Assembly: GCA_023213395.1 (NCBI GenBank) | Contig: CM041465.1 | Coordinates: 232,631,741-232,695,740 of the forward strand | Length of the DNA: 64,000 nucleotides | Direction: 5' to 3' | From: Cycas panzhihuaensis | Taxonomy: Eukaryota > Plantae > Cycadophyta | In this document: positions 48,186-63,218 of the stretch, one piece after another | Position numbering within the stretch: position 1 is the first letter of the stretch | Layout of the letters: the number at the start of each line of letters is the position of its first letter | Translations under genes and position numbers: made by a program | The notes under the pieces: generated by a model | What the model saw: only the letters and a program-made list of their open reading frames with translations | The model's database searches: none | What the model was told of the DNA's origin: nothing

Positions 48186-51100
48186 TTATGGACCTAAACT
48201 AATAAATTTAAGCTTATGGTGATGCTTAAAATGTTTGCGATCAAGATGAAGCGAAACTTCGTCGTCGAATTTAAAGGAACCTATAGAATGATGCTGATCT
48301 TGAGCGGTTTTATATTTAATCGTTGAATGCAGTTTAGTCATGTGATCAATAAATGAAACAACTTTCTGTTGTTCCTTCTGTTCATGCCCTATGACAGAAG
48401 AAGGTACAACAAGCGAAAGTTCATAAGGGCCAAGTGATTGATACCCATAGCAAACTTCGAAAGGAGATTGTCCAAGAGAAACATGAATTACTCGATTATA
48501 ACTGTGCTAGATATGATGAAGATGTGTGTCCCTCTGTTTAGTGCTATGCTGGTAAATGCAGAGTGCATGTACCAGTGTGTGATTAACCACCTCTGTTTAT
48601 CCATTAGTTTAAGGATGAAAAGATGTTAAAAATTTGCGTTGGCAACTAAGCATCTTCAAAAGGGATTGCCAAAAATGACTGAGAAAACGATTATCGCTAT
48701 CAGAAATTATAGAAAGTGGAAGTAAATAATGAGTCCAGACATGTTGAAAAAATAATTCTACAGCATGAGAAGTAGAAACGTTTTTTGTGTAAGGAATAAA
48801 ATTGCCATTTTGGAAAATCGACAAAGAATGACAAATATGCAATCATGGCCACACTGAGTGGTAAGAAGTCCACTGACGAAGTCCATCGAAATAGATATCC
48901 ACGGTCGATTGGGAATAGGAAGTGGCTGATAAAGTCTCGGTTTGTGATTAGATGGTTTGGGTTGACTGTAGAGAGAGCAACGTTGCATATAATCCTCAAC
49001 TGTCTTTTGCATAGAAGGCCAGTAGAAATATCACTGAAGACACTGAAGAGTTTTATGCATTCCAAAGTGTTTACCACAAGTTGAAGAATGAGTTTCTTTA
49101 AGTATCTGTTGTCGTGGAATGCCCCCAAGAAGACATAGACGATTCACTTTGTAGAGAGTCCATTTTTGAGATGATAATCTAAAAGAGGCTTGAGATTAGT
49201 TTGTGTGGCCTGAGACAAAGTAGTAAGGATAGGGCCAAATTGGGGATCAGAAGAAAGCAAGTGTTGCCATTCAGAATATGGACTAAGTGTAGCATTGAGG
49301 AGGGTGGCTAAAGCCAGGTGGGAGGTCGACTGAGGAAATCAATGACTTTGTTAGAGACACCTTGTTTGTATTTAATGACTAGTTGAAATTGTTGAATATA
49401 AGGAGCCCACTTAAGATGTTTATGTTCTTGGATTTTGGATTGGGAATTAAGAAACTGTAGTGGTTGGTCGTCAATATTTCGTTGCCAAGGAGAAAGTGTC
49501 TCCAATGTCGAAGGGCTTGGACAAGGGCATAAAATTCTTTGTGATAAGTACTATAATTGAGTTTGGCTTGAGAAAAGGTTTCAGAATAGTAAGCAATAGG
49601 ATGTCCTCCCTACTTAAGAACGACACCAAGGGCAAATTGGGAAGCATTATTTTTTAGTTCAAAGGGTTGTGTGAGATCAGGAAGATGAAGAACATGTGTA
49701 GTACAGAGGGCAACTTTGAGTTTTTGGAAAGCTGATTAAGCAGAAGAGTTCTAGACAAAAGTTGTGGAATTTTTGGTAAGAATGTTGAGTGGATGTGCAA
49801 TGCTAGAAAAGTGAGAAATGAACTTTATATAAAAGTTGACATAACCAAGAAAACTTTTGAGCTCAATTAGAATAGAAGGGGTTGGGCATTGTTGAATTAT
49901 TCGGACCTTTTCTAGATGAACATGAATGCTATCCTTGTCAATGATGAATCCAAGATAAGAGATAGATTTTTATGCGAAGAAGCATTTCTTGAATTTGGCT
50001 TTGAGTTGATGTTGTCGTAACAAAGCCATGACCGTATCAACATGATGTAGATGTGCTTCCAAATTGTTGTTGAAGACCAAGATATCATCAAGATAGGCAA
50101 TGACAAATTTACACAAGTGAGGGCCAAAAATATCATTAATAAGTTGCATAAAAGTGGCAGTACCGTTAGTCAAACCGAAAGGCATGACTAACCACTCTTA
50201 AAGGCCATTTTGAGTCTTGAAGGTTGTTTTCCATGTGTCCTGAGCTTCAACCTAAACTTGATGGTACCCAGAGGCCAAGTCAATTTTAGTAAAATATTTG
50301 GCTCCCTTGAGATGATCCAATAAATCATCAATGCGTTGAAGTAGGAATCGACTCTTAAATGTGATTTTGTTAAGAGCTCAATAGCTAATACACAGACGCC
50401 ATTCTTTATCCTTTTTTGGAATGAGGATTGCAGGTGAGCTACAAGGAGAACAACTTGGTTGAATTTTACCTTCGTCAATCAATTGAGCCAATTGGCTTTC
50501 TAATTCAGCATGAGTGAGAGGAGTAGTACGATATGGAGCTTGATTGGGAAGTGAAGAACTTGGAACAAGATCAATAGAATGTTGTACAACACGTATGGGG
50601 GCAAGTCCCTTAGGTTTTGCAAAGACATTAGAGTACACATCTAAAATAACTTTTGTTGCTTTTGGAGGCATTTTAGTATAATTTTCCTTTTTTGCTTGTC
50701 GGATTACACAAAGTACAATGTGCTTGGAGGTGTTGGCAAGCATGACTGCAGGATTGCTTGTGATGATAGCCAAGGATGGAGAAGTACTATGTGCAGAAGT
50801 TAGTTTATATGCCTTCCCATTTTTATGCAACATATAAGTATTATGATACCCATCATACAATGCCTGTTGATCATGTTGATAAGGGCATCATAAGAGAATG
50901 TTGCTGCAATCCATAGGAGTCGCATCACAATCCACTATATCCAAGAATGGTGGAATGGCAAAAGTAACAGTGCAAATTTTGTCGACCACTGTTGTATGAC
51001 CATTGGCCGTTACCCATCCAGGAGTATAAGGTTTAGGGTGTGGTTTGGTCACCAATTGTAAAGAATCCACTAATGTTTGTGAGACCGAGTTCTTTATACT

Positions 51101-52235
51101 TCTGTTATCAATGTTACAAAGAGCAAAACGGTCCTTAATTTGACAATTCTAGGTGAAAAGTCTTTCTCTTTGAAAAGTAGAATATGCAGTGGTCATCAGC
51201 ACAAGATGTGGATCTGAAGCCTAGAAATTAGGGACCTCTATGATGTCAACGGATTCTGTTGGTGCTTGATGTTCGGTGATCAGGGTGTGAGATTTTTGCT
51301 GTGCTCGACATTCAACATTTGTATGGCCTTGGCATTTGTGAAAAGAATAATATTTTTTTGTATTGGCTGTTCGTGGCACATTAAATGTTTTGGAAGTTGA
51401 GGCAGATGGTGGAGATGGCCGAGGTCTTCATTGCAACTTGTTTTCAATTTTGGGAGCAAATTGATAAGCAACTTCAAGTGTAGGAATCTAAAGAAGATCC
51501 ATTTTGCGTTGCAAAGATGAGAAAAGTCCACCATCAAATTTCAATTTAAGAATGTGGTTAGTATTAGAGACTTCTAATCAGATAGAAAGTTTAATGAATT
51601 AATGAATGTATTGTTGAACAGTTTGTCCTACAACTTGTCGAAGATGTAACCAACGTGTAGTGAGTTAATGACGTTATCTACGAACAATGTTTTTGAACTT
51701 TGTCCATGAAATAAGTGGTTTATCACGGGAGTATGCCTTCAACCATGTTAAGGCCTGTTCTTCCATATGCACTTGAACAATCATTATTTTTTGTGTCTTC
51801 GTGAATTGCTGTGTCTTCAAATAGGCTTCAAGACTCCAAAGCCATGCATCTAATTCATCCATGTTCATTGTACCTTCAAAAAGTGAAATACTGATTTTAG
51901 CATCCAATTTGAGTGGAGATGGTTGAATCATAACGACTGTTGGAACATTCTATTGGTGCAGATTTTGGTGAAACATGGTCATCATATTGATGACCAAGTT
52001 TTGTTGAAAAGATTGGGCATTTTGAGGTTGTTCACGAAGCTCGTGTTAAGAGTTCGGTGATGTCTAGATGTGATTGATTCTCTTGATCAAGAGACATGAT
52101 TGTATTATGCAGGATATGCCTGCCTATGGAGAGGGCTTATGGCAATATGCCCGATTAAGAGAACAAAAATACAAATGAAAATTTGTATGGGGTACACTTG
52201 CCTATGAAGAGGGCTTATGGCAATATGCCCGTTTG

Positions 52236-52297
<62 letters not shown>

Positions 52298-53315
52298 TTT
52301 TTAATGTATATATAGGATTTAATATATATACATGTATGTGTTGAGCCCAAAAGACTTGAGAATGTGAAAGGAAAAAGATTTTTCTAAAAAAAGAACTTTT
52401 TTTTTTGCCTGAAAATATGGTTCCATACAACTATATGGTCCTATGGAAATGTATGGCCAAAAATAAAAATGGGTCTCAAAAGGAAGATTCGTGGGGCACC
52501 TATTTGAATCTGCAATCAGTTTTTTATTTGGATGTCTAGTTTTGTAGTTATTTATGTTGGAAGAAATTTGGGCAGCTAGGGTTCCAAAGTCATTTTGTTC
52601 GTTTTGAAAAAAATACCAAATTTAATATAGCAAATGTATACTCCAAAGATAGATTTGATCATTGTGAAGAGTTTAAGACCAGTTTTGAGAAATTTGCCTG
52701 AGATTTTGGAGAGATCTGTAGTTGAGACTTCAAACTTGCACCCTCATTTTTTTCTCTTTTTGTCGATTTTTGAATGAGATTTTCACATTGATTCTTTAGA
52801 GAAGTTTGATGTCCATACAATCATGCACCTATTGGTAAATTTTCATGAATTTATGAGTACTTTTTTTTTTTAAAGGTCAATATAATTTCGTACAATGGTC
52901 ATACCTTTATTTGTAAGCTTTTTTAGCCTCTGAATTTTTGTTTTAAAGTCTTCTTTAGGCAATCGTTTTGGCTCTAATACAAAAATGATATGTTTAGAAG
53001 TTTTTGTTTCTTGCTCTGTGCATAAGTTTCCCTGGAAATAAGAGCTTTTAGGGCTTGGGTTTTCTCAAGAAGTCAAGACCTGAATTAGGGCAGAGGAAAT
53101 GGAAGGAAGGAATGTCTTCTCTCTTCATTGATTCCTTTGAAAAAAATGATGGACAAATTTATACAAATTCAAGTTGGTTTGTGTATAGGACACAACATTG
53201 GTGTTCCATGCAAGACATGTGTCACCTGTGTACCTAATTGATAATTAGGTACCCTAAGTACCTTTTACAATGTTACTTAGAGAACAAGACTAGGACTATA
53301 CATAAATGCTCATCA
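48186..53315 (-). mobile_element. Ty3/gypsy chromovirus-type element A2 (same family as A1), truncated at the integrase GPY motif
   Basis: 5' LTR 52986-53315; degenerate iMet PBS 52971-52982; gag 51674-51931; RT MPFGLTNGTATF..AYLDDILV; integrase PWISISMDFVSGL. Homology to A1 ends at ~48186. Confidence 0.9.
52237..52293. repeat. (TA)n microsatellite in the leader of A2
   Basis: Read directly from the sequence; equivalent position to the (TA)n tracts of A1. Confidence 0.9.
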
Positions 53316-56300
53316 TGCACCATGCGTGCGAAAAAACAAATGTAGCAAGTAGTAAGGCATAGATTTAGAATTGGGGATATTCTTGGTAATGCTAGTGGAG
53401 AGAGTTCTTAAGCTTGAAGAAGGTTACGAAGGCAAATGGATATAGATTTGGAATTAATAACTCAGCATCTAACATGCCATTCAAGAGGAAGCAAAAGAAA
53501 TGTTGTTTCCTACACCTTTAAAAATATAGATTCCACCCAATTGTATATAAAAAAAAACCACGATTGCGTTGTTTATCAAAAGTCCCTTTGCCTTATATAA
53601 TAATGGGAATTTGAACTAATGGCAATTGTCATAGCAACAATAATGAGTAACAAAAGTAGGGGGTCAAGTAGTTCATAGGTCTTGGTACATCTTGTATATT
53701 GGGTGACACAAAAAGCACATTCTTGTCCATTTATTATGATGGTATTAGAGATTCATCTTGTTATTTGTTCCTACTTGAAAAATCTATTTAAGAAAAATAC
53801 AAAAAGATTGTCGATGATGATTTTTTTGAACTTCAGTTGGTGTCATGTTGGCCTAGTGCAAATCCAAAGTTCTGGATACTACAACATGGAAAAATGTCAA
53901 AGTGCTATTGTTGGCTTGATTCTAAAGTTTGTGAAATCCACCATCAATCATACTAAACCCTAAGACATGTGCCAAATGAATGAAGAGATGATACATGACT
54001 ATGATAGGGGAGTGAATATTTTGGTCTCCAATATGCATCCTATTCAAGTTATATATGTGCACGATTGGATGGATTTCTTTGCTGAAGGGTTTGTGTGAAA
54101 ATACTAGGAGAAAATTTGACAACATTCCACGCAAAATCGACAAAATGTGCAAGATTTAGCACAAGGAATCGTAGCATATAGTTAGTAATGACATCAAAGG
54201 GGCACTCCTTGAAAAATTCAAATGGGTGGTTCAAATGGAATATGTGTTAGTATAGTTTGCCCAAGTAAAACTATAAAAGACTAAAGAGAAGCAGAGAGAG
54301 AATGAATGGTGCTCATCTTTGTGCAACACTCTGGGTTATGTTGTTAATGAACACTTAATATATTCTCCAAAAATAGTGTGATGGATAGCAAGGATCCACA
54401 TATAACATAAAGAAATGCTATTATATAGTGGTAGGTACATATGCAACTACTAGGAGTTATTGTAATTGTTATCACAATAACCTGGTCGAGAACAAACTTA
54501 AGTTGCGACTAGGTCAGATTTATAGTTTTAAGATTATCAATGTAAAGAGTGGGGGGGTTACAAATCAAAATGCTCTATTGATATTAAGGTGTTCTCTTGT
54601 AAGAACTGTAGGCCTAATTAGAATGGTTTTTTAAAGAGTTTCAATTATATAAAATATAAAAGAATATCAATATTATGGCTGAACTACAAAATGATTCACA
54701 AGATGTGGCAATGACGATGAACATGTACATTCATAGTATAAAAGAAACGTATAAAAGAAGATTAACATCTCTAATTTTTAGAAGCCGAAACATGAGAACA
54801 CGTCATTACTAAGGTCTTGTCGTAGAAGGCAAATTGGGAAGCATTTGAAGCAATTGAGAAAGATAAACAAGTGATGGTGGATGTAGACAAATAAGGGTAC
54901 AATGCAAGCTCTTAAAAAATTGTCAATAGGGATCCATATCCCAAACCAAAAAGCAAAAGATTGTAGAACAAAAGAATAGAAAGCAATGGCGATAATAGAA
55001 AGGAATGTCATGATCTCATGGAAAAACATGTCTCAACACCATCAACGTTATAGGAAATTTCATAGTAGAGCACTAAAATTTTTGGATTTTGAAAAGTTAT
55101 CAACAATTGGTGATAGAATTTGGTAAACACTTTTTGTTGGCATAAATGCTCTAGTGGTGGGATTTAGGATATTTCAATGAATTGCCATACCTGGTACACA
55201 TTGGTTGTGTTACACACAAAATGTCAAGATTTGAAGTCAAACACATGCAATTGGAGCTTGATGAGGACTTGTAGTTACCTTGGAGGTTAATGGCTAGAAC
55301 AAGCATTGCTATAGACGTAGATTGAGAGTTGTAAATGTGTTGTTAGAGGAAAGGTGGAGGTAGTTAGGGTTGCCAAGATTGATTGTTGCAATGTGTTTAA
55401 TAAATATTGTCAACCAGATAAAGTTTAGACTTAATAAAACACATTAAAGGAGCCAATCAACATGGCAAGAATTATAGTCTTAGAAAACTTTACAATGATA
55501 AAAGTTCAAACCAAGGTGCTAGTCATCATGGCATGAGTGGCAATCTTGAAAAGTTTTGTGATAATAAAGATGTAATTAAGCTCAAATCCATATTTTTTCT
55601 ATTTGATACTAAAGCCTTTGAAGATAAGAAGTGATTTATTTTCAAATTATATGGCAAAAGTTGAAAGGTTGCATTGATAGTGGCATTCCAAGGTCCCAAG
55701 TATGGTTGAATACTTGAGGTTGAGTGCAATTATTCTTAGTCAATCCATGACTTGTATTTAGCTCACCATGCAATGAAAGAGAAAGTTAATGGCATTGATG
55801 TTCTCATTAGGAGGTTTGAGGAAATATAGGTAGATTTTGCTTCTAAGGGCAGTGATATTACTGCATTTATGAGAAATTGCTTTTAAGGGGCATATGAGGC
55901 TACTTAGAATGTATAAAAGATGGAGAAGAGTAAGGATGATAAGAGTATGAATGATGAAAATTAGTTGAATGATGAAAATTAGTAGCAATAAGAAATAGGA
56001 GCACAATATTGAGTACACTATGGTAGAAATGTAGTGGTATGAAGAAGATAAAGCATTGAGACAACAATAGCGGTATTGGTGGTATTTTGAATTTGTTGCT
56101 AGAAACAATGATGATATATTGTTTTCAAAACAACTATAAAAATTTGTAGAACTACCAAGACATTTGACATAAATTATTGGTGGAATAGATAAGGAAAAGG
56201 TGGTTGTAGGATCAACAAACATGTTAGGGGAAAAAAAAAGCTCTACAATGAATACTTGGTAATATTGTGGAAGGAAACTATTATAATAAACATTTGCATG

Positions 56301-58375
56301 TAAGTATTATCGTGGTGTTGTCAATTTAAAAAATATGGTATTTGCAACCAAGCAAAGGGTGGTACTGGAATTACATATGAGAAAAGTTTGCATTGAGGGA
56401 GGAAAAGGAATAGTAAATATAGAAATAGACATGGATATACAAATGAAAGAGGTTTCCATCAATATTGATCATCAAAGTCTAAGAAGGTATGAAATAATGC
56501 AATTCTTAGCGAATGAAATTACAAATTTTGATGATAACAAAAATGAGCAAGACATTGATGGGTGTATTGTAAGGTGCAAACAAAAACATAAATTGTTGAC
56601 TAGATTTCTCTTGGGCCGAATCAGGAAAGAATAGTAACAAAGTCACTACAATGTTCATTGCAATCTAGTTCAACATCTAATGCTATTTCCATAGTTTGAA
56701 CCTTTAAGGGTTGCTTGTATGGCTTGAAAGGAACAATGGACATCTTGGTGTCAAGTAGGTAACAATAGCACTAGCATGAGGATTTTGTGTCTTTGTTTTA
56801 ATTGGCTATGTGGCTACTAGTGGTAGTAGTTGAAACATGGGGTCATTCAATCCTTCATGATGAGGTTGGGCAAACTATTTCTCGTAGGAAAGATCATAGG
56901 AGATTTTGCATAGGATGCACCAAAACCTACAATCGATTAAGCCCATTCTCAAAGCAAATTCATGTTGAGCTCACGTTGCAATATTTTAGAACTATTTGGT
57001 TATGTTATTGGATTTGTGCATTTTTATGGGCATTGCCTTTGTCACTAAGCATTGAATATTTATTATCCTATGTAGATCACAAGAGAGGAGGATTGGTATG
57101 CCTTTCTCCATTCGCAACCTCTTAAAACTCAGATAGAGGAAGGGAAGATACGAGGTTAACAACTACCAAAGCATCTAGTAGGTCTCTTGATAAGGGAAAA
57201 GGCATGAATGTTTAACTGCTATCATGATGTACGTCCTTCATAGAGGTTGAGTTCAAGGTTATTACCTTGCAAGTGATATCCTACAATGATTAAAAGTGAA
57301 AAGTCGCTATTTTTTAGAGTATAACTAGCAAGAAGTATATTGGACATTCACTTTTAATAGGGTTTACGATCTATCGTCTCAATAGATCGAATTATACGAG
57401 TTGGCCATTGTGTATATTGTAGGTAAAGTTTCAGAATGATTTAATTGCATTGTAATTATCTATGGTTAGATTGGAATGGGAAAAGCGTGTACCATGGAAT
57501 GTGGCAGAAGTAAAACCAAGGACATGGATCTACTTCTTGATGCTAGTCTTATTCCAAGAGTTGTTTATCAAATATTTGACAAGTTAGAATTTCCAACATT
57601 TCATGAAATGCCAGTAAATCAAAATCACTAGTGGAAAAATTGCCTAGGTCGAAGGTCAAGGTCAACATTGTAGGGGCGTAAAAATTTGAATTTGCGTTGA
57701 CTTGTAAAAGGACAAAATTATTGTGGTTTTATAAGTGACTTTTTAATGTTTATTTGTCCCCTTATTGAGGTCATTTGGAAATAAGGGAGCCTGGGCAAAA
57801 GGGCTTAGATATATTTTACCATATTTAAAAGTTTGTTTTTGTTACTTATTTTTTTAATTAATATGGAAATGTTTTATATTGTGAGTTTAAAGACTTTTCC
57901 TGAGGTTGTAGTGGAAATCGATGGCTTTTATATTAATTTGTGGCTTTGATTGTAGCATTAAAACATGCTATAACTGGAATTTAAGCTATGTAATAACAGT
58001 TCAGATGAAGAATAAAATAGGTAAAGGTACAAATTGGGTTGGCTCAATAGCAAGAATATGTTAAATGCAAGCTTGATAGAAATGGAGGAGGGTCAGGTTG
58101 ATATTGACCAATATGATGGGCATTGCCATGGGGGGATTCTAAGAGTAGGACAGGAGATTGAGCATAGTAGCTAGTGAGGGTGCTTTGGACCATCAAGATG
58201 TAATGGTGTCCATGAGACAATATGGATTAAAATATCAAGTTGGTGGAATAGCATATGGGAATTTGAATCACATATTTTCACCCTAGTCATTTCATCATCC
58301 AGCTTCAGTGTAAAGTAATTATAGAAAGTTCAAGGAAGATATGGGCTTATTGCAATTCTAATTTCTAAGCAACAC

Positions 58376-58787
58376 TTGAACAAGGATGCTCAAGTTTAAA
58401 AAGAGGGTGATAGATGTTGGACACATGTTTCCCTAAAGCCTAAAGTTAATGCCATTTATAATGTAATTTATGAAGAGATGTTAAAGTTATGTAATTGAGG
58501 AATAAGCACAATTAATTAATGTTATGTAATTGAAGGTTAATTGTGGGGTTAAAACCCTCAATGAACTTCCTATGCTATAAAGAGAGTCATTATTAGAAAA
58601 GGGGGTAGTCTTGAGGGAAGAGGAGGAAGAAGTCCATGTTATTTGTGATAGCCCTTGGGTGCTACTAGGCTTCTTGTGATACTTCCTTTGTTGTTAATGA
58701 AGCATATGTTTCCCCATGTGTGAATAGCTCATTGATATTGTGGTTCATGCTTGTGCTTTGTAAATTTTGGAAATTTCTTGTTCAACA
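58376..58787 (+). mobile_element. 3' terminus and LTR (58415-58787) of an old B-related gypsy H
   Basis: TTGAACAAGGATGCTCAA hairpin and GATAGA|TGTTGG junction, as in B1/B2; LTR ends TTCAACA. Confidence 0.6.
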
Positions 58788-59260
58788 GAAGCAATGGGAA
58801 AGTAAGTGGCAATGGAGAACCATTAATGGCCACAATTTTGTGTAGTTGCATCGATTGGACAATAAATTATTATTGTAGTTTATAAATGATAATAGGTGGA
58901 CACTGTATTGTTCATAAATAGTTGTTGCAAGATTTCCATACATTGTCAACGAAAGTTGAAGTGTGTTCATGAGTTGTGGTATTAAACAAGGTGAAAATAC
59001 ATTAAATAAGAGAAAAGTAATTACACCAACAAATCATTTGTAATCAAGAATGGCATGAAAGCATAAAAGAGAAGCTATTGAATTGTGGTAAGAAAACCAA
59101 TATCTGAAGATGTGTTTGGTTGGGGCATATGGAGCATCATCCTCAAGGATGTGGCATAACCCTGCTTTTAAACCTAGACACACGAGAAGTTAGTGAGGGT
59201 ACTCAACATGGTAGTGAAATGTATATAATATCTGAGATTGTGAGAAACAACAAACAAAGC

Positions 59261-59331
59261 GAGGGCACTTGACAGAATAAGCCCTAGACAAATGTTGAGG
59301 GCACTTGACAGAATAAGCCCTAGACAAATGT
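59261..59331. repeat. 35-bp perfect tandem duplication
   Basis: GAGGGCACTTGACAGAATAAGCCCTAGACAAATGT twice, period 36. Confidence 0.9.
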
Positions 59332-61920
59332 ATGCAAGATATGGGCATATGAGGAATAATTGACATTTTGTTTTTTCTAGAATAGAAAATCCACATTATA
59401 AGTGGTAGAAGATAGTAGTGTAATCGATGTCTGGGCTAGAATGTGATTCATGATTGGGCATTAGCATAATTGACAATTTAACAATGTTTTGGGTGTAATT
59501 AAGTGACATGACTAAAGATGTCAAACAATAGTTTGTTGGGGAATTGTTAAGTCATAGCTTGTTAAAATGACATAAAGCACATGATGGTAAGAGCCACACC
59601 TGATGAGTATGCCTAAGGGTATAAATAGATTGTAATTGTCAAGTGTTACATCACATCTCAAGTTGTGAATGATTCCATCAATTTTGTAGTGATTTTCAAC
59701 ATTGTGGGGTGTATCCACTATGCTAGCATTTGTTTTGAGAGGACAAATACCTTGCCATGGTTATTAAAGTATAATTGGTGATGGAAGAAATGTGTCTTCA
59801 TACTATTGATTCATGATTGTGTTGTTCATGTAAGACATGAGTATCCACACCATGCTATAGGTAAACATATAAATAAAAATTTAAAATGTTTATTTGTTGG
59901 ACATTTCCTCCATGATGGGGTCTATTGTTTCAACTTTTATTTCAAGTCCTAGATAGGCTTTGGTCTTGGTTAAGCACCAACTTCCTTGATGCTTCATGGG
60001 TCTTGTGTGGGTGCTTCCACTTCATATAAGCCACATGTGACAAGTTAGGTGGCCTTCCTTTCAAATGGCATTAGGAGGAGAAAAGCCAATTTTGGTTTAT
60101 ATGATCCCAATGTAAATAGGAGATGGAAGGGCTATGGCTTATGTTTCATTTTGTCCAACTTTAAACATATACATGGAGTGTTGAGAAGGATAGATAGAGC
60201 TATGTTAACTAATGACAACTTTTTAGATTCCATTATGACAATGGAAAACTAGCCAATGTTAATGAGAATGTAGTTGTCTTTGACCATAATCACATCAAGT
60301 TTGTTACCTTAGGGAGGGATGAGGGGAGAGAAACTTTGTCCAGCTTCAAGCTTAGTGTGTCCCAATTATTGAACAATCTTTGTCTTCAAAACAAGAAGCA
60401 AGTTTGGCACCTTGCCCTCCAACATCTTGATGCCTCATGATGGATAACCTAGTGAGGAAGAGAGATTAGTATAATTCTATCCTTTATTTAGGGGTATGAG
60501 AAACATACAACTTGCTTCAGAAGAGGGATAGATAGAGAGAACTTGAATGAGCTTATCCAAGCTAGAGAAGCACTGATGAAAGTAATTAGGGCAAGATTGC
60601 TAAGCTATTTTATAGGCTTATAATATTTGAGCTAACGAAGGCTCAAAGAGCTAAAATTAGGGCTAGATTCCATTTTGTCAAACAAGGGGATTTGTTTTAA
60701 GTTCCTTTTACGATCTATTAGGAAGAAGCAAGCTAATGAAGGAATTCATGGCCTGGTGAAGTAGGTAGAGTTATTTTTAGTGTGAGATTGTGGAGGGGTT
60801 TAGTAAGCACTATACTACTATTTTTTTGACCTAAGAGCCTTGAGTCTCAAGATGTGCTTGAGGCGTGTTCTCAAGTTGTTTCCAATAAGAGTAAAAGCTC
60901 TCTTAGAATAAACTTTGATGCTCATCTAGGCACTCGAGGATATGGCTAATGAGAAAGCCTTTGTAGTGGATGATTTACCTTGTAAATTTCCCAGAGGCAT
61001 TAGCGAGTATTCTAGACTAGTTTTGCTTAAAATTTACTACGAGGCCTCAGCGATAGGTAACCACTAGTAGTTAAGATCGCATAGGGCAACAACAAGGTAA
61101 TTCCAAAGGGTGGTGATCCAGAGTTTATATCCATTCCGAAGGCTTCTAACCCTCATTAATTTTTGTTAGAAAATCTTGACTAGGGTGTTGGCTAAAAGAG
61201 TTAGACATACCTCCTAGAGGTAATGAGATTGGAGCATATTCACTTTGTTCAAGGAAGAGACATATTGGATAACTTGATAGTAGTGGGGGAATTGATGGAG
61301 AGGGCTAAGAATACCTCTTAGAAAATCCTATTCATGAAGATTGACTTTGAAAAGGATTATGGCAAAGTGGAATGGTCTTTCATACTTAGCATCCTTAAGG
61401 CCCTTAACTTTAGGGAAAGGATTGTTCACATGGTTGTTGCATTGTTGCTAATGTGTTGGCTTGCATATGAAGAAATTAGGCTTCTTCCAAACCAAATCTT
61501 CCCACCTGCACTTGCCTTGTATATGCCAGTTGTTGATGTGTTAAGTTATTTGCTCATAATGTAAATCTTGGCCTCATTAAGAGCGTTAACCACTTTGAAG
61601 AAAATGAACAAATGATACCTGTGGGCACTTTGTTGATGATTCCTTTTTCATTGTCTAGGTTGACAAAGCAATAGAAGAGCATATCGTGGAAGCTGCCTCT
61701 ACCTTTTGTTTAGCATCAACCTCTCAACTATAGTCAAGGAAGGCTACTTATCGTCAATCCCTCAATGACTGCCTAGGATGGCTTAACCAATACAAGCAAC
61801 CCTGGATCCAAATAGGAGAGATTTTCAAATTCTTGAAAATACCTTTCAGATCTCAAGTTTCTATTGTTTCCATGTGGGATTAGGTCTTGGCTAGAATTGA
61901 GAAGAAATTGGATTTGTGGA

Positions 61921-62793
61921 TGATCCCAAAGTAGAGCTTAATTGGTGAAGAAATCAATTATCAACCTTTCTCCTTGAGAACCTGAGAGTTAGTGTAGAAA
62001 TGCCAATAACATCAAAACAAGAATGAGCCCACAAAAGGAAATCCTACACCAAATAATTTATACTTTCCATTGCTCCAAAAGTATGAAGAGTAATACTTTT
62101 ATTAAACTATAAAATCTCCATTTAATGGTGGAGAAAACAACTAGCAAAAGAATGGTCAAGTTACAAAGAATAGATGATACAATTATACCATAAGGGGGGC
62201 TCCAACCCTCCAAGTGCTTCCCCAAAGATGCTTCCCAAGTCAAGTGCCTTTCACATTCAAGAACCAAGTCTCCAACCACGTAAATGAGCTTAAGAGGGCT
62301 CAATTTTTAGAAAGAAACCCAAATTGCATGTTTAACAAGTGGCAATCATGCAAGTATAACCACTAACAACCAGAATGCATGTTGTCCAAGTGGCATTCAT
62401 GCAATTTTGAAAATTTGCGGCTTGTACCTAGGGTTAACGAACTCCAATTCGGCTCAAATTTGGTACACATATAGGTACACATGTCCCCTTCACTTCCTCA
62501 AAATTTTAGCTCATTTGGATATCATTTGATCACAGTTTCATTGATTTAATAATAGTATGTATTTTCTGTTTTTCTGTTGGCTGTGAAATCATATTTTTTG
62601 AACCCCACCTTTTGCACATGATGTGGGATGTGTCTTCTTCCTTTCCACAAAATTTCATATTAGTTTGACACCATTTGGCCCTATCTCTTTCAGTTATGCC
62701 AATGCCGAGCATTTTCTGCCTCCTGTAGACATATGGTAGATCCTCCTAGCATTTTCTGCCTCCTATAGACATATGGTAGATCCTCCTGGATCA
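61921..62793. mobile_element. Solo LTR (873 bp) inserted in the LINE
   Basis: TGATCC...GGATCA termini; perfect TSD GTGGA (61916-61920 / 62794-62798); the LINE frame resumes across it; internal 40-bp duplication at 62708-62787. Confidence 0.9.
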
Positions 62794-63054
62794 GTGGAAG
62801 TCTAAGTTTCTTTCCCTTCTTGTTGGCTTTCAAATATGCAGTGAAGTACTTTAGCTACCCATGTCTACTATTTGTCTTGTTGAGCTTTATCTAATGCTAC
62901 TTATTTGAAATTCTTAAAACATTACTTTGGTCCTTGGAAGAAGAGAAAAAGGGGTTTAAGTAGGGTGAAATGGGATATCTATTGCAAACCTAAAGAAAAA
63001 AGTGGTTTGGGGGTTATTTGTATTCAAAGTCAAGGTCATGCATTAGGTGCCAAG

Positions 63055-63122
63055 CAGTGCTACTATAAATGGTGTAACATGGAAATGGAAATAGAATTGA
63101 GGGAATGTTTTATGGTTTCCAC

Positions 63123-63153
<31 letters not shown>

Positions 63154-63155
63154 TA

Positions 63156-63218
<63 letters not shown>

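Noticed and set aside
53316-55450. Possible DNA-transposon or host coding remnants (also 58800-60000)
   Set aside because: Manual translation of the parts I tried gave no recognisable motif; left unannotated.
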